Positions 1 through 10,070 of a stretch of DNA of 64,000 bases are shown here, in pieces. The stretch lies in contig PHEQ01000009.1 in the NCBI GenBank assembly GCA_002842985.1, positions 43,635 to 107,634 on the forward strand. The letters are read 5' to 3'. The position numbers and the translations under genes are program-made. This DNA comes from Alphaproteobacteria bacterium HGW-Alphaproteobacteria-1. Its GTDB lineage: Bacteria; Pseudomonadota; Alphaproteobacteria; Rhodobacterales; Rhodobacteraceae. The stretch's first letter is position 1. Each line of letters begins with the position of its first letter. The notes under the pieces were generated by a model. The model made no database searches, was not told the DNA's origin, and saw only the letters and a list, made by a program, of their open reading frames with translations.

Positions 1-114
1 TCCGGCTCTCGCCGGTCTGACCCAGCATGCTGACTTGGATGTAGTATCGCGCGGGCTATTCGCAAACCCCCTGCCATCTGGTCACACTCATGTGAGTCCC
101 ATGACACACGAAAA

Positions 115-312
115 TCAAGCACCAAGCGCCTTGGCCACCCAGATGAGCGCCAAACCGATCACCAGCGCCAACAGTCCCAAAAGCCGACGCGCTTCGGGCG
201 GGATCGCCGCCAGCGCCACCAGCATCTGCTCTACAAGCGAAGGGGCCAGCGCATAGACCAGCCCCTCCACAAGCAGCACCAGCCCCAGCGCCAGAAGCGC
301 CGTCTCGATCAT
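115..312 (-). CDS. small membrane protein, DUF2065-like
   Basis: 65-aa hydrophobic two-helix ORF. Its ATG overlaps the hflC stop (ATGA at 309-312). Small ORFs of this kind typically trail hflKC. Confidence 0.55.
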   Translation of the reverse strand: MIETALLALGLVLLVEGLVYALAPSLVEQMLVALAAIPPEARRLLGLLALVIGLALIWVAKALGA

Positions 313-1187
313 TCGGTGCCGCTGCCCGAACGGAAATAGTCGAAGAACTCGCCGTCCGGGGTCATCACCAGCATCGAATTCTCGCCCTTGAGCGATTTTT
401 CATAGGCCTCAAGAGAGCGGTAGAAGGCAAAGAACTCCGGGTCCGCGCCGAAAGCCTCGGCGAACACCGCGTTGCGCTCTGCATCGGCCTCACCCCGGAT
501 CACCTGCGCCTGCCGCTCGGCGTCAGAAAGCGTCTCGGTCACGGTCCGGTCAGCCAAGGCGCGCACCCGCTGCGCAGCCTCGTTACCACGCGCGATCTCG
601 TCGGCAGCCTCGCGTTCACGCTCGGCACGCATCCGCGCGAAAGTGGCTTCAAGGTTCTGATCGGGCAGGTTGGTCTGCTTGAGGCGCACATCGACCACGT
701 CAAGCCCGAGCGAGGCGGCGCTGCGCTGTGCCCCGTCGCGGATACGCAGCATCAGACTGCGCCTTTCTTCCGAGAGAATCGTGTCCGACGTCACCTGATC
801 GGCGCCAAGCACCTCGCGGATCTGCGCGTTGAGGATCGACGACAGCCGGTCCTCGGCCATGCGGATACCGCCGACACCGACGGCCTGACGGAACTGGACC
901 ACGTCACGAATGCGGTAACGCGCGAAGGCATCGACCACGAGGCGCCGGTCATCCGATGGCGTCACCTCGATCGTGTCGGTATCGAGCGACAGGATACGCG
1001 CGTCATAGCGCACAACTTCCTGAATGAACGGGATCTTGAAGTTCAGTCCCGGCTCTTCCTTCACAGACTTGATCTGGCCGAATTGCAGCACCAGCACCTT
1101 TTCGCGCTCGTCCACGACGAAGATGGACGACAGCCCGAGGAAAATTGCGACGACAAGAAACGGAAGGATGAATTTACCCTTACCCAT
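309..1187 (-). CDS. hflC: protease modulator HflC (SPFH/band-7)
   Basis: N-terminal TM (FILPFLVVAIFLGL) followed by an SPFH domain. It follows hflK with a 2-nt gap. The first ATG is at 1187; the track start at 1193 is TTG. Confidence 0.9.
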   Translation of the reverse strand: MGKGKFILPFLVVAIFLGLSSIFVVDEREKVLVLQFGQIKSVKEEPGLNFKIPFIQEVVRYDARILSLDTDTIEVTPSDDRRLVVDAFARYRIRDVVQFRQAVGVGGIRMAEDRLSSILNAQIREVLGADQVTSDTILSEERRSLMLRIRDGAQRSAASLGLDVVDVRLKQTNLPDQNLEATFARMRAEREREAADEIARGNEAAQRVRALADRTVTETLSDAERQAQVIRGEADAERNAVFAEAFGADPEFFAFYRSLEAYEKSLKGENSMLVMTPDGEFFDYFRSGSGTE

Positions 1188-1189
1188 GA

Positions 1190-2356
1190 TCAATTTCCCC
1201 CTGCATTCGGATTGCTGCGGCGCAGCTCATTGAGCGGCAGATACGGCACGATACCGCTGCCGCCAGTGCCTCCGTCGCCACCCAGAACCGAGTTGTCCAG
1301 AATGGTCTTGTCGATACCGCCCAGAACCCGCTCCATCGTCTCGATATAAAGGCGGCGGCGCGTGACCTCGGGGGCCTTGGAATATTCCGTCAGAACCGAC
1401 GTAAAGCGGCTCGCGTCACCCTGTGCCTCGTTGACCACGCGGGCGCGGTAGCCTTCGGAGTCCTCAAGGATCTGCGCGGCCTGACCGCGCGCCTCGGCCA
1501 GCACACGGTTGGCATAGGCATCGGCCTGACGTTGCAGACGGTCGCGCTCCTGCTCGGCGGCCTGCACTTCTCGGAAGCTGTCGATCACCTCTAGCGGCGG
1601 GTCGGCCTTGTCGAGGTTGAGGCGGACGATCTGAATGCCGCTTTCATACTCGTCCATCGTCTCCTGAATGTTGGCCATCGCGGTATCGGCGATGATCCCA
1701 CGATCCCGGTTCAGAATCGGCGACAGTCTGGACGCGGCGATGATCTCGCGCATCACCGATTCGGACACGGCCTGCACCGTCAGTTGCGGATCGCGGATAT
1801 TGAACAGAACCTTGGACGGGTCGGAAATGTTCCACACCACCTGAAAGTCGATATCGACGATATTGGCGTCGGTGGTCAGCATCAGCCCCTCTTCGCGCCC
1901 GCCGACCCGCCGCCCGATATCCTCGGTGCGCTCCGAGGTTACGTTGACGATCTCGGCCGAGACGATCGGCCACGGGGCAAAGTTCAGACCCGGATTGCCG
2001 GTCTTGTAGTATTTGCCAAGAAACAACTCGACTGATTGCTCTTCGGGCTTGACGGTGTAGAGGCTGGAAAACACCCAGAGCGCGACCGCGCCAAGCGCCG
2101 CAAGCCCGATCGTGCCCTTGCCGAATTTCGGCCCCTCGCCGCCACCGCCACCTGCACCGCCCCGGCCACCGCCGCCGCGCCCGCCCATCAGCACGCGCAA
2201 CTGATCCTGACCCTTGCGCACCAACTCTTCGATTTCGGGCAGTTGCGGCCCGCCTTCGGGGGGCCGCCTGCCGCCACCGGGCGGGCGACGGTCGTCATCG
2301 CCACCGCGATTGCCGCCTCCGCCCCACGGGCCACCATTGTTTCCAGCCATGAACAT
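1190..2356 (-). CDS. hflK: protease modulator HflK (SPFH/band-7)
   Basis: Gly/Arg-rich N-terminus, one TM, an SPFH domain and a coiled C-terminus. It is paired with hflC. Confidence 0.9.
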   Translation of the reverse strand: MFMAGNNGGPWGGGGNRGGDDDRRPPGGGRRPPEGGPQLPEIEELVRKGQDQLRVLMGGRGGGGRGGAGGGGGEGPKFGKGTIGLAALGAVALWVFSSLYTVKPEEQSVELFLGKYYKTGNPGLNFAPWPIVSAEIVNVTSERTEDIGRRVGGREEGLMLTTDANIVDIDFQVVWNISDPSKVLFNIRDPQLTVQAVSESVMREIIAASRLSPILNRDRGIIADTAMANIQETMDEYESGIQIVRLNLDKADPPLEVIDSFREVQAAEQERDRLQRQADAYANRVLAEARGQAAQILEDSEGYRARVVNEAQGDASRFTSVLTEYSKAPEVTRRRLYIETMERVLGGIDKTILDNSVLGGDGGTGGSGIVPYLPLNELRRSNPNAGGN

Positions 2357-2419
2357 CTTCCCTTGTTGTATCCGCCCTCGGGCGGGCTTGATCCTAACCT
2401 GTGCGATGCGACCGAGAAT

Positions 2420-3775
2420 TCAAGCGCTCCGCACCGGGGTTTTCATCGTCACGATCTCTTCCGACATGGTCGGATGAACCGCGACGGTGCGGTCGAAATC
2501 CTCCTTGGTCGCGCCCATCTTGACCGCGATACCGGCAAGCTGGATCATCTCGCCTGCGCCGGGGGCGACGATATGACACCCCAGCACGCGGCGCGTCTCG
2601 GCGCAGACGATCAGCTTCATCAGCACCCGTGTCGAGCGCCCGGCAAAGCTTTCGCGCATCGGCTTGAACGAGGTGGCGTAGACCTCCACCGGCCCGCGCT
2701 TGCGCGCCTCTTCCTCGGAGAGCCCCACTGTGCCCATCTCGGGCTGGGTAAAGATCGCCGTGGGAATGAGGTCGTGATCCACCGGCGTCGGGTTGCCGCC
2801 AAACACCGTCTCGACAAAGGCCATGCCCTCGCGGATCGCCACCGGCGTCAGGTTCACGCGGTCGGTCACGTCGCCGATGGCATAGACCGAGGGCGCGCTC
2901 GTCTGGCTGTAATCGTCCACAACGATCTCACCCTTGCGCCCGACCGCGACGCCCGCCGCCTCGAGCCCCAGATCGCGCGTGTTGGGTGCGCGACCGGTGG
3001 CAAAGAGCACCTGATCAAAGATCGCCTCCTGCCCGTTGGTGCCGCACACGCGATAGCCGTCGGCGAGCTTTTCCATCTCGGCGATATTCGTGCCCAGATG
3101 CAGGTTGATGCCTGCCTGGATCATCTCCTCCGAAACAAGGCCGCGCGCTTCATCGTCAAAACCGCGCAACACCTGCGCGCCGCGATAGAATTGCGTCACC
3201 TGCACGCCCAGCCCGTTGAGGATGCAGGCGAACTCGCAGGCGATATAGCCACCGCCGACGATCAGGATGGATTTCGGCAGTTGCTCCATCAGGAACAGAT
3301 CGTCGCTGACCAATGCATGTTCGGCTCCCGGCAGATCGGGCTTTACCGGCCTGCCGCCTGTGGCGATGAGGATATACCGCGCGCTCTTGCGCTGCCCGTC
3401 GGCCAGCTCGACCGTGTGCGGATCGACAATCCGCGCGCGCATGTCGAAGGTCTCGACGCCGTTCTTGCCCAGAAGCCCGCGATAGACCCCTTCCAGGCGA
3501 TCCAGCTCGGCATGGAGCTTGGTGCGGAATGTGGTCCAGTCAAACCCGCCCGCATGAACCGTCCAGCCATAGGCCTGCGCCTCGGCTATGGCATCGGGAA
3601 ACTCAGAGGCAAAGACCATCAGCTTTTTCGGCACGCAGCCCCGGATCACGCAGGTGCCGCCATAGCGGCTCTCTTCGGCCAGCGCCACGCGGGCACCACC
3701 CTGTGCCGCCACGCGCGCCGCGCGCACGCCACCCGAGCCGCCGCCGATTACGAAAAGGTCGTAGTCGAATGCCAT
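2420..3775 (-). CDS. gor: glutathione-disulfide reductase
   Basis: FAD fingerprint VIGGGSGG, redox-active disulfide GGTCVIRGCVPKK, and a pyridine-nucleotide disulfide oxidoreductase layout over 451 aa. Confidence 0.9.
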   Translation of the reverse strand: MAFDYDLFVIGGGSGGVRAARVAAQGGARVALAEESRYGGTCVIRGCVPKKLMVFASEFPDAIAEAQAYGWTVHAGGFDWTTFRTKLHAELDRLEGVYRGLLGKNGVETFDMRARIVDPHTVELADGQRKSARYILIATGGRPVKPDLPGAEHALVSDDLFLMEQLPKSILIVGGGYIACEFACILNGLGVQVTQFYRGAQVLRGFDDEARGLVSEEMIQAGINLHLGTNIAEMEKLADGYRVCGTNGQEAIFDQVLFATGRAPNTRDLGLEAAGVAVGRKGEIVVDDYSQTSAPSVYAIGDVTDRVNLTPVAIREGMAFVETVFGGNPTPVDHDLIPTAIFTQPEMGTVGLSEEEARKRGPVEVYATSFKPMRESFAGRSTRVLMKLIVCAETRRVLGCHIVAPGAGEMIQLAGIAVKMGATKEDFDRTVAVHPTMSEEIVTMKTPVRSA

Positions 3776-3860
3776 GCCAATCGGCTCCTTTTCCTGCCCT
3801 TGGATGACATATCGCAGCCGGGGGGCAATGTGAAACCCTCAATCGACCTCACCAAAGCAA

Positions 3861-3892
3861 CAAGGCCGCGCCCCTTTCGGAACACGGCCTTG
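3861..3892 (-). terminator. candidate stem-loop downstream of atpF
   Basis: CAAGGCCG ... CGGCCTTG 8-bp stem about 25 nt after the atpF stop. The U-tract is weak. Confidence 0.3.
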
Positions 3893-3915
3893 CGCAAACC
3901 TTCAGGGCTGTCTGC

Positions 3916-4485
3916 TCAGTGCAGTTTCGCCTCGACCTCCTTGATGCCCGCCTCGATCAGGCTGTCGCCCTCGGCTGCGGTCATCTGCTTTGCAATCACG
4001 TCGCGCGCGGCGGCGGTGGCCACGATGATCGCCTCGTTGCGCACGTCGCGCACGGCGCGCGCCTCGGCGCTGGCGATCTGGTCCTCGGCGGCCTGAATAC
4101 GGCGGGCGATCGACGCCTTGATCTCGGCCTTGGCCTGCACGGCGGCCTCCTCGGCCTCGGCCTTGGCCTGTTTCACGATCCGGTCCGCCTGCGCCTGCAC
4201 GTCCTTCTGCTGACGCTCGAATTGCGCCAGAAGCGATTGCGCGTCCTCGCGCAAACGGCGCGCCTCGTCGAGATCGGCCTTGATTCCCTCGGCCCGCTCG
4301 TCGAGCTTGCGGCCCAGAAGCCCCGGCACCTTGAGATAGACGAGCACGCCCACAAAGATGAGAAACGCCAGAAGCACCACGAAATTGGTGTTGCCGAGCG
4401 ACAAGAACGGGCCACCGGCGGCGAGCGCCGGAGTGGCGGCAAGCGTTGCCACCAGCGTCATGATCAGCTTGCGCATCGGGCTCAT
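3916..4485 (-). CDS. atpF: F0F1 ATP synthase subunit b
   Basis: N-terminal TM followed by a long Ala/Glu/Lys-rich helix. ATGA overlap with the upstream b' gene. Confidence 0.85.
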   Translation of the reverse strand: MSPMRKLIMTLVATLAATPALAAGGPFLSLGNTNFVVLLAFLIFVGVLVYLKVPGLLGRKLDERAEGIKADLDEARRLREDAQSLLAQFERQQKDVQAQADRIVKQAKAEAEEAAVQAKAEIKASIARRIQAAEDQIASAEARAVRDVRNEAIIVATAAARDVIAKQMTAAEGDSLIEAGIKEVEAKLH

Positions 4486-5015
4486 CCTTTCATCCGGGCG
4501 TTGACAGCGGCGGTCACGCTGCGCCCGTCCGCCTTGCCACCCATGACCGAGACCAGCTCGGCGGCGACATCCTTGGCCACGTCCCGGACGGCATCGAGAG
4601 CGCCATCGCGGATCTCGGCCAACGCCTTTTCGCCCTCCGCGGTGCGAGCGGCGATCTCCTGATCGGCCTTCACGTTGGCACGGTCCAGATCGGCCTTGAT
4701 GGCCGCCTTGGTCTCGGCGACGATTTTCTGCGCTTCGGCGCGGGCATCTGCCAGCGCCTTCTTGTAGGCCTCTTCCGCCTCGACCGCCTTTGCCTTCAGG
4801 TCCTCGGCGGCGGCAAGATCGTTGGTGATGGTCCCCTGACGCTCGGCCAGAACGGCGGCGATGCGTGGCAGGGCCACGCGCGACAGTATGAAATAGATCA
4901 CCACCAGCGTCACCAGCAGCCAGAATATCTGGTTGCCGAATGTCGAGAAGTCGAGCTGCGGCAAACCTGTCGCGCTCTCGGTCACGTGATCGGCTGCTTG
5001 TGCTTCGCTCGCCAT
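4482..5015 (-). CDS. atpF2: F0F1 ATP synthase subunit b'
   Basis: Same architecture as subunit b. It lies between atpE and atpF, as in alphaproteobacterial atpIBEF'F operons. Confidence 0.85.
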   Translation of the reverse strand: MASEAQAADHVTESATGLPQLDFSTFGNQIFWLLVTLVVIYFILSRVALPRIAAVLAERQGTITNDLAAAEDLKAKAVEAEEAYKKALADARAEAQKIVAETKAAIKADLDRANVKADQEIAARTAEGEKALAEIRDGALDAVRDVAKDVAAELVSVMGGKADGRSVTAAVNARMKG

Positions 5016-5101
5016 GTCAGTCTCCCTCGGGAAAGCTCCGAATACACCGGGAGGCGCGCAACTGCCGCCCCCCGACCGTAAGGATCAGAAACCCGTAAGG
5101 A

Positions 5102-5338
5102 TCAGACGGCGAACATCAGCAGCAGCGCAACGAGGAACGAGAAGATCCCCAGCGCTTCGGCGAATGCGATGCCGATGAACAGCGTTGCGGTCTGGCCGCC
5201 AGCCGCCGACGGGTTGCGCAGTGCACCGGCAAGGAAGTTGCCGGCAACATTGCCCACACCGATCGCCGCCCCGCCCATGCCCATGCAGGCCAGGCCAGCG
5301 CCGATATATGCACCCATTTGAACGATATCGCCTTCCAT
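5102..5338 (-). CDS. atpE: F0F1 ATP synthase subunit c
   Basis: 78-aa helical hairpin with the GxGxGxG motif and conserved carboxylate ([12 protein letters not shown]). Confidence 0.95.
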   Translation of the reverse strand: MEGDIVQMGAYIGAGLACMGMGGAAIGVGNVAGNFLAGALRNPSAAGGQTATLFIGIAFAEALGIFSFLVALLLMFAV

Positions 5339-5414
5339 AGTGATGTCTCCTTACGTTGGAATTGGCAGTGGTTCGTGGTTCGTTTGGCACAGAGCGGGGG
5401 ATACCCGCCTTTGC

Positions 5415-6197
5415 TCAATGGTGAGGATGCAGCGCATCCTTGAGGTAAACGCAGGTCAGGATGGTGAACACATAGGCCTGAATGAAGGCCACCAGCAGTT
5501 CGAGCGCATAGATCGTGGCAATCGCCAGTATCGACAGCGGCGTGACCAGAAGGCCGATGCCCGTGGAGATGATGATCATCGGCGCGAAGGCCGCGAACAC
5601 CTTGACCACCGCGTGCCCGGCCATCATGTTGCCGGCAAGACGGATGGAATGGCTCACGGGCCGCACGAAATAGGAAATCACCTCGATCAGCGCCAGCACG
5701 GGACGCAGCGGCAACGGTGCCGAACTGACCCAGAACAGGCTGAGAAACCCGGCCCCGTGGCGCACGAAACCGACAATCGTCACTGTAAGGAACACCATCA
5801 TCGCCAAAACCGCCGTCACCGCGATATGGCTGGTGGTAGTGAAGGCCATCGGCAAAAGGCCCAGAACGTTGGCGAAGAGAATGAAGAGAAACAGCGTCAT
5901 GATGTAGGGAAAGAACACCAGCCCGTCCTTGCCCGCCACATCCTCGACCATCTTGCGCACGAAATCATAGGCCAGTTCGGCGATGGATTGCGTCCGGCTC
6001 GGGATCGTGGCGCGGCCCGCCGTGCCCAGGACCAGCAACGCAAAGATCGCCGCCACGGTCAGCGCCATCCACAGCGTCACGTTGGTCAGCGTGAAGATGC
6101 CTACCGCACCCTCGCCGAAGAGCGGCTTGACCATGAACTGATCCATCGGGTGAAAAACCAGACCGGGCTCTGCGGCCCCATGCGCTTCAGTCGCCAT
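5415..6197 (-). CDS. atpB: F0F1 ATP synthase subunit a
   Basis: Polytopic protein with the conserved [10 protein letters not shown] motif. The ATG is at 6197; an alternative upstream start is at 6212. Confidence 0.9.
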   Translation of the reverse strand: MATEAHGAAEPGLVFHPMDQFMVKPLFGEGAVGIFTLTNVTLWMALTVAAIFALLVLGTAGRATIPSRTQSIAELAYDFVRKMVEDVAGKDGLVFFPYIMTLFLFILFANVLGLLPMAFTTTSHIAVTAVLAMMVFLTVTIVGFVRHGAGFLSLFWVSSAPLPLRPVLALIEVISYFVRPVSHSIRLAGNMMAGHAVVKVFAAFAPMIIISTGIGLLVTPLSILAIATIYALELLVAFIQAYVFTILTCVYLKDALHPHH

Positions 6198-6531
6198 CCT
6201 TCGCCCTCTCATCCCCGCCCGTATCGGGCGTTTTCGTCTCCTGCATCTCGGCGGCGGAGCGCATCATCGTCTTGATGCCCGCCGCGAGACCCAGCAAAGT
6301 GAACACGACAAGAAATATCGGCAAGGTGCCCAGCAGAACATCCAGCCCGTATCCCATGCCGAAACCGATCATCAGACCGGCCACAAGCTCGATCACCATC
6401 CGCCACGCGTGCTGCGCCTGCGAATAATGCTCCTCCCGGTGGGGCCGCGGCGCATCCTTGCCGCGCAGCTTCGCGATCCTCGCCTCGATGTCTTTCAGAC
6501 GCTCGTCACGATCCGGATCGGTCACGCGCAT
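6187..6531 (-). CDS. atpI: ATP synthase protein I (AtpI-like)
   Basis: Small two-TM protein that is the first gene of the atp F0 operon. Confidence 0.75.
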   Translation of the reverse strand: MRVTDPDRDERLKDIEARIAKLRGKDAPRPHREEHYSQAQHAWRMVIELVAGLMIGFGMGYGLDVLLGTLPIFLVVFTLLGLAAGIKTMMRSAAEMQETKTPDTGGDERAKDGD

Positions 6532-6726
6532 CCCCCTTGGGAAGTTGACGCCTTGCTATGGCGGCGGCACGCGCGAGTCAAGCGCGCGAAATTTCAGCGT
6601 CGATCCCGTTCAAGTATCTGTTTTATTGAGTATTTTTGGAACGATGAAGCGGGACGGTCATTCTGCCGCAACCGCCCCGGCAGGCCTTCGGGCCGGTTGC
6701 GGGATATTCAACCATGCGGTTGAGTT

Positions 6727-7140
6727 TCAGCGCACCACGAAGACCGAGACCTTGGCGTGCTGCGCGATATAGCCGCCATGCGAGCTGAAGATGTGCTCGA
6801 GGAAACCCGGCACATGGCTTGCCATGATCACCAGATCGGCGCCGGTCTCGTCGGTGGCCTGCATCAGCGCCGCCGTGGTCTCGACCGCCGGATCGTGGCT
6901 GATGATGGGCCGCGCCTCGACCTCGGCCCCGTGCGTGGCGCGCAACTCCTCGGCAAAAGCCTTGACCGTGGCGGCAAACGCGCCCGGCGTATGGCCAAGC
7001 GCGCCCGGCAGCGCGCCGCCGACGCTGACCACGGTGATCTTTGCGCCGTGATGCTTGGCCATGTCACCCGCCACTGCAAGCGCCTTCGACAGGCTGTCCT
7101 TGTGAACCAGATCGACCGGAACCATGATGTTCGAGAACAT
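6727..7140 (-). CDS. universal stress protein (UspA family)
   Basis: 137 aa with an MVPVD... start and a C-terminal G-x2-G-x9-G(S/T)-like motif (SHGGYIAQHAKVSVFVV). Confidence 0.8.
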   Translation of the reverse strand: MFSNIMVPVDLVHKDSLSKALAVAGDMAKHHGAKITVVSVGGALPGALGHTPGAFAATVKAFAEELRATHGAEVEARPIISHDPAVETTAALMQATDETGADLVIMASHVPGFLEHIFSSHGGYIAQHAKVSVFVVR

Positions 7141-7282
7141 GTTCTTTCCTTTCCTGTTTCCTCGGATCGTCTGCGGACCCTACCCCCCGCAGCCTGCCAG
7201 CGCCTTGCCCTGAATCAAACCCTCAGACGGCTGTTTTTGGCGCGAAAACGGCGATATCGCGGGATTTTCGCACGCAGAGGCG

Positions 7283-7311
7283 TTGACGGGACCCGCCCGG
7301 CGCGGGCTTAT
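7283..7311 (+). promoter_or_regulatory. candidate sigma70-type promoter for the ArsR gene (possibly a leaderless mRNA)
   Basis: TTGACG (7283-7288), a 17-nt spacer, then GCTTAT (7306-7311). The ATG at 7318 sits about 7 nt downstream and has no Shine-Dalgarno sequence. Confidence 0.25.
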
Positions 7312-7317
7312 GACGGC

Positions 7318-7653
7318 ATGACCAAGGCCCCGTCCCTCGATACCGTCTTTGCCGCGCTGGCCGATCCGACGCGGCGCGCGATCCTCGCCATGCTGCTCGA
7401 GGACGACATGGCCGTGACGGATGTCGCCGAACCCTTCGAGATGAGCCTCGCGGCGATTTCCAAGCATCTGGGGATCCTCGGTCGCGCGGGCCTGATCACG
7501 CAGGAGCGGCGCGGGCGCGTGGTCTGGTGCAAGCTGGAGCCCGACGCGCTGCGCGATGCCTCGATCTGGATGCAGGGGTTCGGTCAGTTCGAGGCGGTCA
7601 ATCTCGATGCGTTCGAGCGGTTTCTGGCGCGGGAACTGCCCGATGGGACCTGA
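7318..7653 (+). CDS. ArsR/SmtB-family transcriptional regulator
   Basis: FAALADPTRRAILAML ... ISKHLGILGRAGLI, a typical ArsR winged HTH; 111 aa. Confidence 0.85.
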   Translation: MTKAPSLDTVFAALADPTRRAILAMLLEDDMAVTDVAEPFEMSLAAISKHLGILGRAGLITQERRGRVVWCKLEPDALRDASIWMQGFGQFEAVNLDAFERFLARELPDGT

Positions 7654-8608
7654 CGCACGGCACCTGGCCCCGGCCCGGATCGAGACCGTGGCGCGCGCGG
7701 TGGTGATGCCCATGGGCCCGGGCAGCCCCGCCTGCGGCGTGCTGGGCAAGGGGGGCGCGCCCTTCCCGCTGGCGCGCACGCTTCTTTCGGGCAACCGCTT
7801 CACCCCCGATCCCGCGCCCCCCGAGACGCCTCCCGCACCGCTTGCCGGTCGCTGGCTGTTCGCCGGGGTCGGACGGCACCATTTCGGGCATTTTCTGCTC
7901 GAGGCCACGCCGCGGCTCTGGGCGCTCGACCATCTCGAGGCGCGCCCCGACGGCATCCTGCTCCTGCCCATGGCCGGGCGCGACATCGCCGCCGTGCTAC
8001 GCCGCCGTCTGGGTCCGCTTCTGGACCTGCTCGGGCAGGGCCTGCCGGTGCATCTTGTGATGGAACCCACGGAGGTCGAAACCCTGATCATCCCGTCGCA
8101 GGGGTTTGGTCACTTGCACTGGACCCATGGCACGGCGGAGGCCCGCGCCTATATGCGCCGCCATCTGTCGGTCATCGCGCCGGATGGCCCCGAGCGGCTC
8201 TATATCTCGCGCCGCAGGCTCAAGAACCCGGCCCAGCAGGTGCCGTATGAACGGCAGATCGAAAAATGGCTCTCGCGGGCGGGCTTCACCATCTTCTACC
8301 CCGAGCGACAGACCATCCCCGAACAGATCGCCGCTTACCGCGCTGCGCGCGTGCTGCTCGGCCCGGATGGTTCTGCCTTTCATCTTGCGCCCTTCGTGGC
8401 CCATCCGGAGGCGCGCATCGGTCTCATTCAGCGGCGCACCCGCCAGCCGGTTTTCGATGCCATCAAGCATCAGATCGAGGGATTCGCCGGGATAACGCCC
8501 TGGACCAGCGCAGCGCTTGCCACCACCGCGCCCGACACCCGCGAAAGCGCCCTGCCGCCAGAACTGCACCGCCTGCGCGCCGATCTCAGCGCGGGCGGAT
8601 TCCTCTGA
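7643..8608 (+). CDS. glycosyltransferase family 61 / DUF563-like protein
   Basis: HHFGHFLLEATPRLW near the N-terminus, then YISRRR ... E ... F and GPDGSAFHLAPF motifs typical of DUF563. The start is uncertain: the ATG at 7643 overlaps the arsR end by 11 nt. Confidence 0.65.
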   Translation: MGPDARHLAPARIETVARAVVMPMGPGSPACGVLGKGGAPFPLARTLLSGNRFTPDPAPPETPPAPLAGRWLFAGVGRHHFGHFLLEATPRLWALDHLEARPDGILLLPMAGRDIAAVLRRRLGPLLDLLGQGLPVHLVMEPTEVETLIIPSQGFGHLHWTHGTAEARAYMRRHLSVIAPDGPERLYISRRRLKNPAQQVPYERQIEKWLSRAGFTIFYPERQTIPEQIAAYRAARVLLGPDGSAFHLAPFVAHPEARIGLIQRRTRQPVFDAIKHQIEGFAGITPWTSAALATTAPDTRESALPPELHRLRADLSAGGFL

Positions 8609-9487
8609 TCAGCTCTGCCAGTCCGTCGCGCGCGCCTTGAGAAAGCGCAGGAAGGCCTGCACCTTGGTGGTGCGGTGCAGATCCATGTGCGTCACAAGCC
8701 AGAGCGACGCGGCCCACTCGGGACGCGGCGCCATGACCTGCCGCAGATCGGGATGATCGCGCGCCTGTGTCACCGAGACAAAGCCGATCCCCGCCCCGGC
8801 GAGAATGGCATTGCGCTGCGAATGCACGTCGCCGGCGCGGAACACGATCGCCTCGGGCGGCACCGTCTCGTTGAGCCAGCGATGAAACGGCGCGCGCGTC
8901 TTGGCGTCATCGGCGCCGACGAATCGGTGCCGGACAAGATCCGCCTCGCTTTCCGGCAGGCCATGGCGGGCGACATAGTTCCCGGCGGCATAGAGCGCGA
9001 AGTCCTGCCGAAAGAAGGGTTGCACCACGTTGTCGGGCTGATCTGGCGCCGCGCCAGCGCGCACCGCCACATGCGCCTCGCCATATTCCAGACGGAACAG
9101 GCGGTCCCCGGTCAGGTAGCGCACGATCAACTCCGGATAGTCAGCCTGGAAATCCGCGAGCGCCGGGGCAAGCAAATGGCTCAGCCCACTGATCGAGGTC
9201 ACGACCAGCTCGCCGCCCACCTCGTTGCCCTGCCCACGCAACCGGCCCGCCATTTGATGAAACTGATCGTCCGTCGCCTGCGCCACACGCAGCAGGTCAT
9301 CGCCCGCCTCGGTGGGTGTGTAGCCGCGCGCATGGCGCTGAAAAAGCCGCACGCCAAGCCGCTCCTCCAGCGCGTCGATATGGCGGATGACCGTTGCGTG
9401 ATGCACGCCCAGCACCTCCGCCGCGCCGCTGACCGTGCCCACCCGCGCCACGTGAAAGGCGGTGCGCACCTCGTCCCAGTTGTCCAT
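8609..9487 (-). CDS. LysR-family transcriptional regulator
   Basis: N-terminal HTH (FHVARVGTVSGAAEVLGVHHATVIRHIDALEERLGVRLFQR) plus a substrate-binding domain. The ATG at 9487 was chosen over the long N-terminal extension in the track ORF. Confidence 0.85.
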   Translation of the reverse strand: MDNWDEVRTAFHVARVGTVSGAAEVLGVHHATVIRHIDALEERLGVRLFQRHARGYTPTEAGDDLLRVAQATDDQFHQMAGRLRGQGNEVGGELVVTSISGLSHLLAPALADFQADYPELIVRYLTGDRLFRLEYGEAHVAVRAGAAPDQPDNVVQPFFRQDFALYAAGNYVARHGLPESEADLVRHRFVGADDAKTRAPFHRWLNETVPPEAIVFRAGDVHSQRNAILAGAGIGFVSVTQARDHPDLRQVMAPRPEWAASLWLVTHMDLHRTTKVQAFLRFLKARATDWQS

Positions 9488-9578
9488 GGCCTTGCCCGCC
9501 CTGCCCGCAATTTCACCCAGCCGACTATGAGGCGGTGACGAAAGAGTTGCAATCGGGCACGATGCCCCCAGCCTCGGG

Positions 9579-10070
9579 ATGTCAGAATACCGCGAGGCCA
9601 ACAGCGAGACACGGCGGGTGAAGATCACGCACGATACCCCCCGTCTACTGATCGCCGAAGACATGCCGTGGTTATTCGCGGTGATGCTGTCTTTTGGCCT
9701 GCTGCGCTTTGTCGGCATCGGGCTTCTGGTCGGTTCCCGGACCCTGATAGGCGCCTTCGTCATGGCCGGCATCGGCGGCGGCATGTGCTTTGCCGCGATC
9801 TGCGTCTTCGTCGAGCGGCTCCAGATCATTCCCGACGCGCGCGCGGGCACCGCGACGCTGCGCTCCCGCGCCATCCTGCGTTACAAAGAGGAGGTGCTGC
9901 CTTTGGCGGACGTGCTGCGCGCCTCAGGCGAGACCACGCTCTCGGGCGGCGAGGTGCTGCGCCCGATCACCGGGATCTACGACAGCAGCCCCGCCGCTGG
10001 TGCACTGGTGCGCGCCATCAACCTTTGGCTGGACCGGCATCGCAATACTGCCCCCACGTCCCGCGCTTGA
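9579..10070 (+). CDS. hypothetical membrane protein
   Basis: 163-aa ORF divergent from the LysR gene, with two predicted TM helices. I recognise no motif. Confidence 0.45.
   Translation: MSEYREANSETRRVKITHDTPRLLIAEDMPWLFAVMLSFGLLRFVGIGLLVGSRTLIGAFVMAGIGGGMCFAAICVFVERLQIIPDARAGTATLRSRAILRYKEEVLPLADVLRASGETTLSGGEVLRPITGIYDSSPAAGALVRAINLWLDRHRNTAPTSRA

Noticed and set aside
1-114. Expected start of a further minus-strand gene downstream of hflKC-DUF2065 (often a DegP-type protease)
   Set aside because: The window edge leaves too little sequence. No convincing start or motif is readable in the first 114 nt.
2036-4096. 686-aa ORF on the plus strand
   Set aside because: It runs antisense across hflK, gor and atpF, all of which have strong motif support. 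The product is Arg/Ala/His/Gly-rich and low in complexity. This is the typical spurious long ORF of a high-GC genome.
5076-5106. 14-nt perfect direct repeat CCGTAAGGATCAGA (5076-5089 and 5093-5106) spanning the atpE stop
   Set aside because: It is short and has only two copies. Most simply it is a slipped-strand micro-duplication in the atpE-atpF' spacer, and no function can be argued from sequence.
5340-6275. 311-aa His/Arg/Gln/Asp-rich ORF on the plus strand
   Set aside because: It is antisense to atpB and atpI, has compositionally biased sequence, and shows no motifs.
6532-6726. Possible atpI promoter (TTGACT on the minus strand near 6576-6581) and a GC hairpin at about 6669-6701 after the usp gene
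   Set aside because: The -10 element is poor and the hairpin lacks a U-tract. Neither could be supported well enough to list as a feature.
8609-9874. Long N-terminal extensions of track ORFs (this one, plus 22869-24722, 35742-36857, 53394-54824, 57731-58699 and 56092-57756)
   Set aside because: The extensions are Arg/Pro/Ser-rich junk upstream of internal starts that give canonical N-termini (LysR HTH, XdhA MTHRTD.., Acp[10 protein letters not shown], Arg[23 protein letters not shown]). The shorter starts were adopted.
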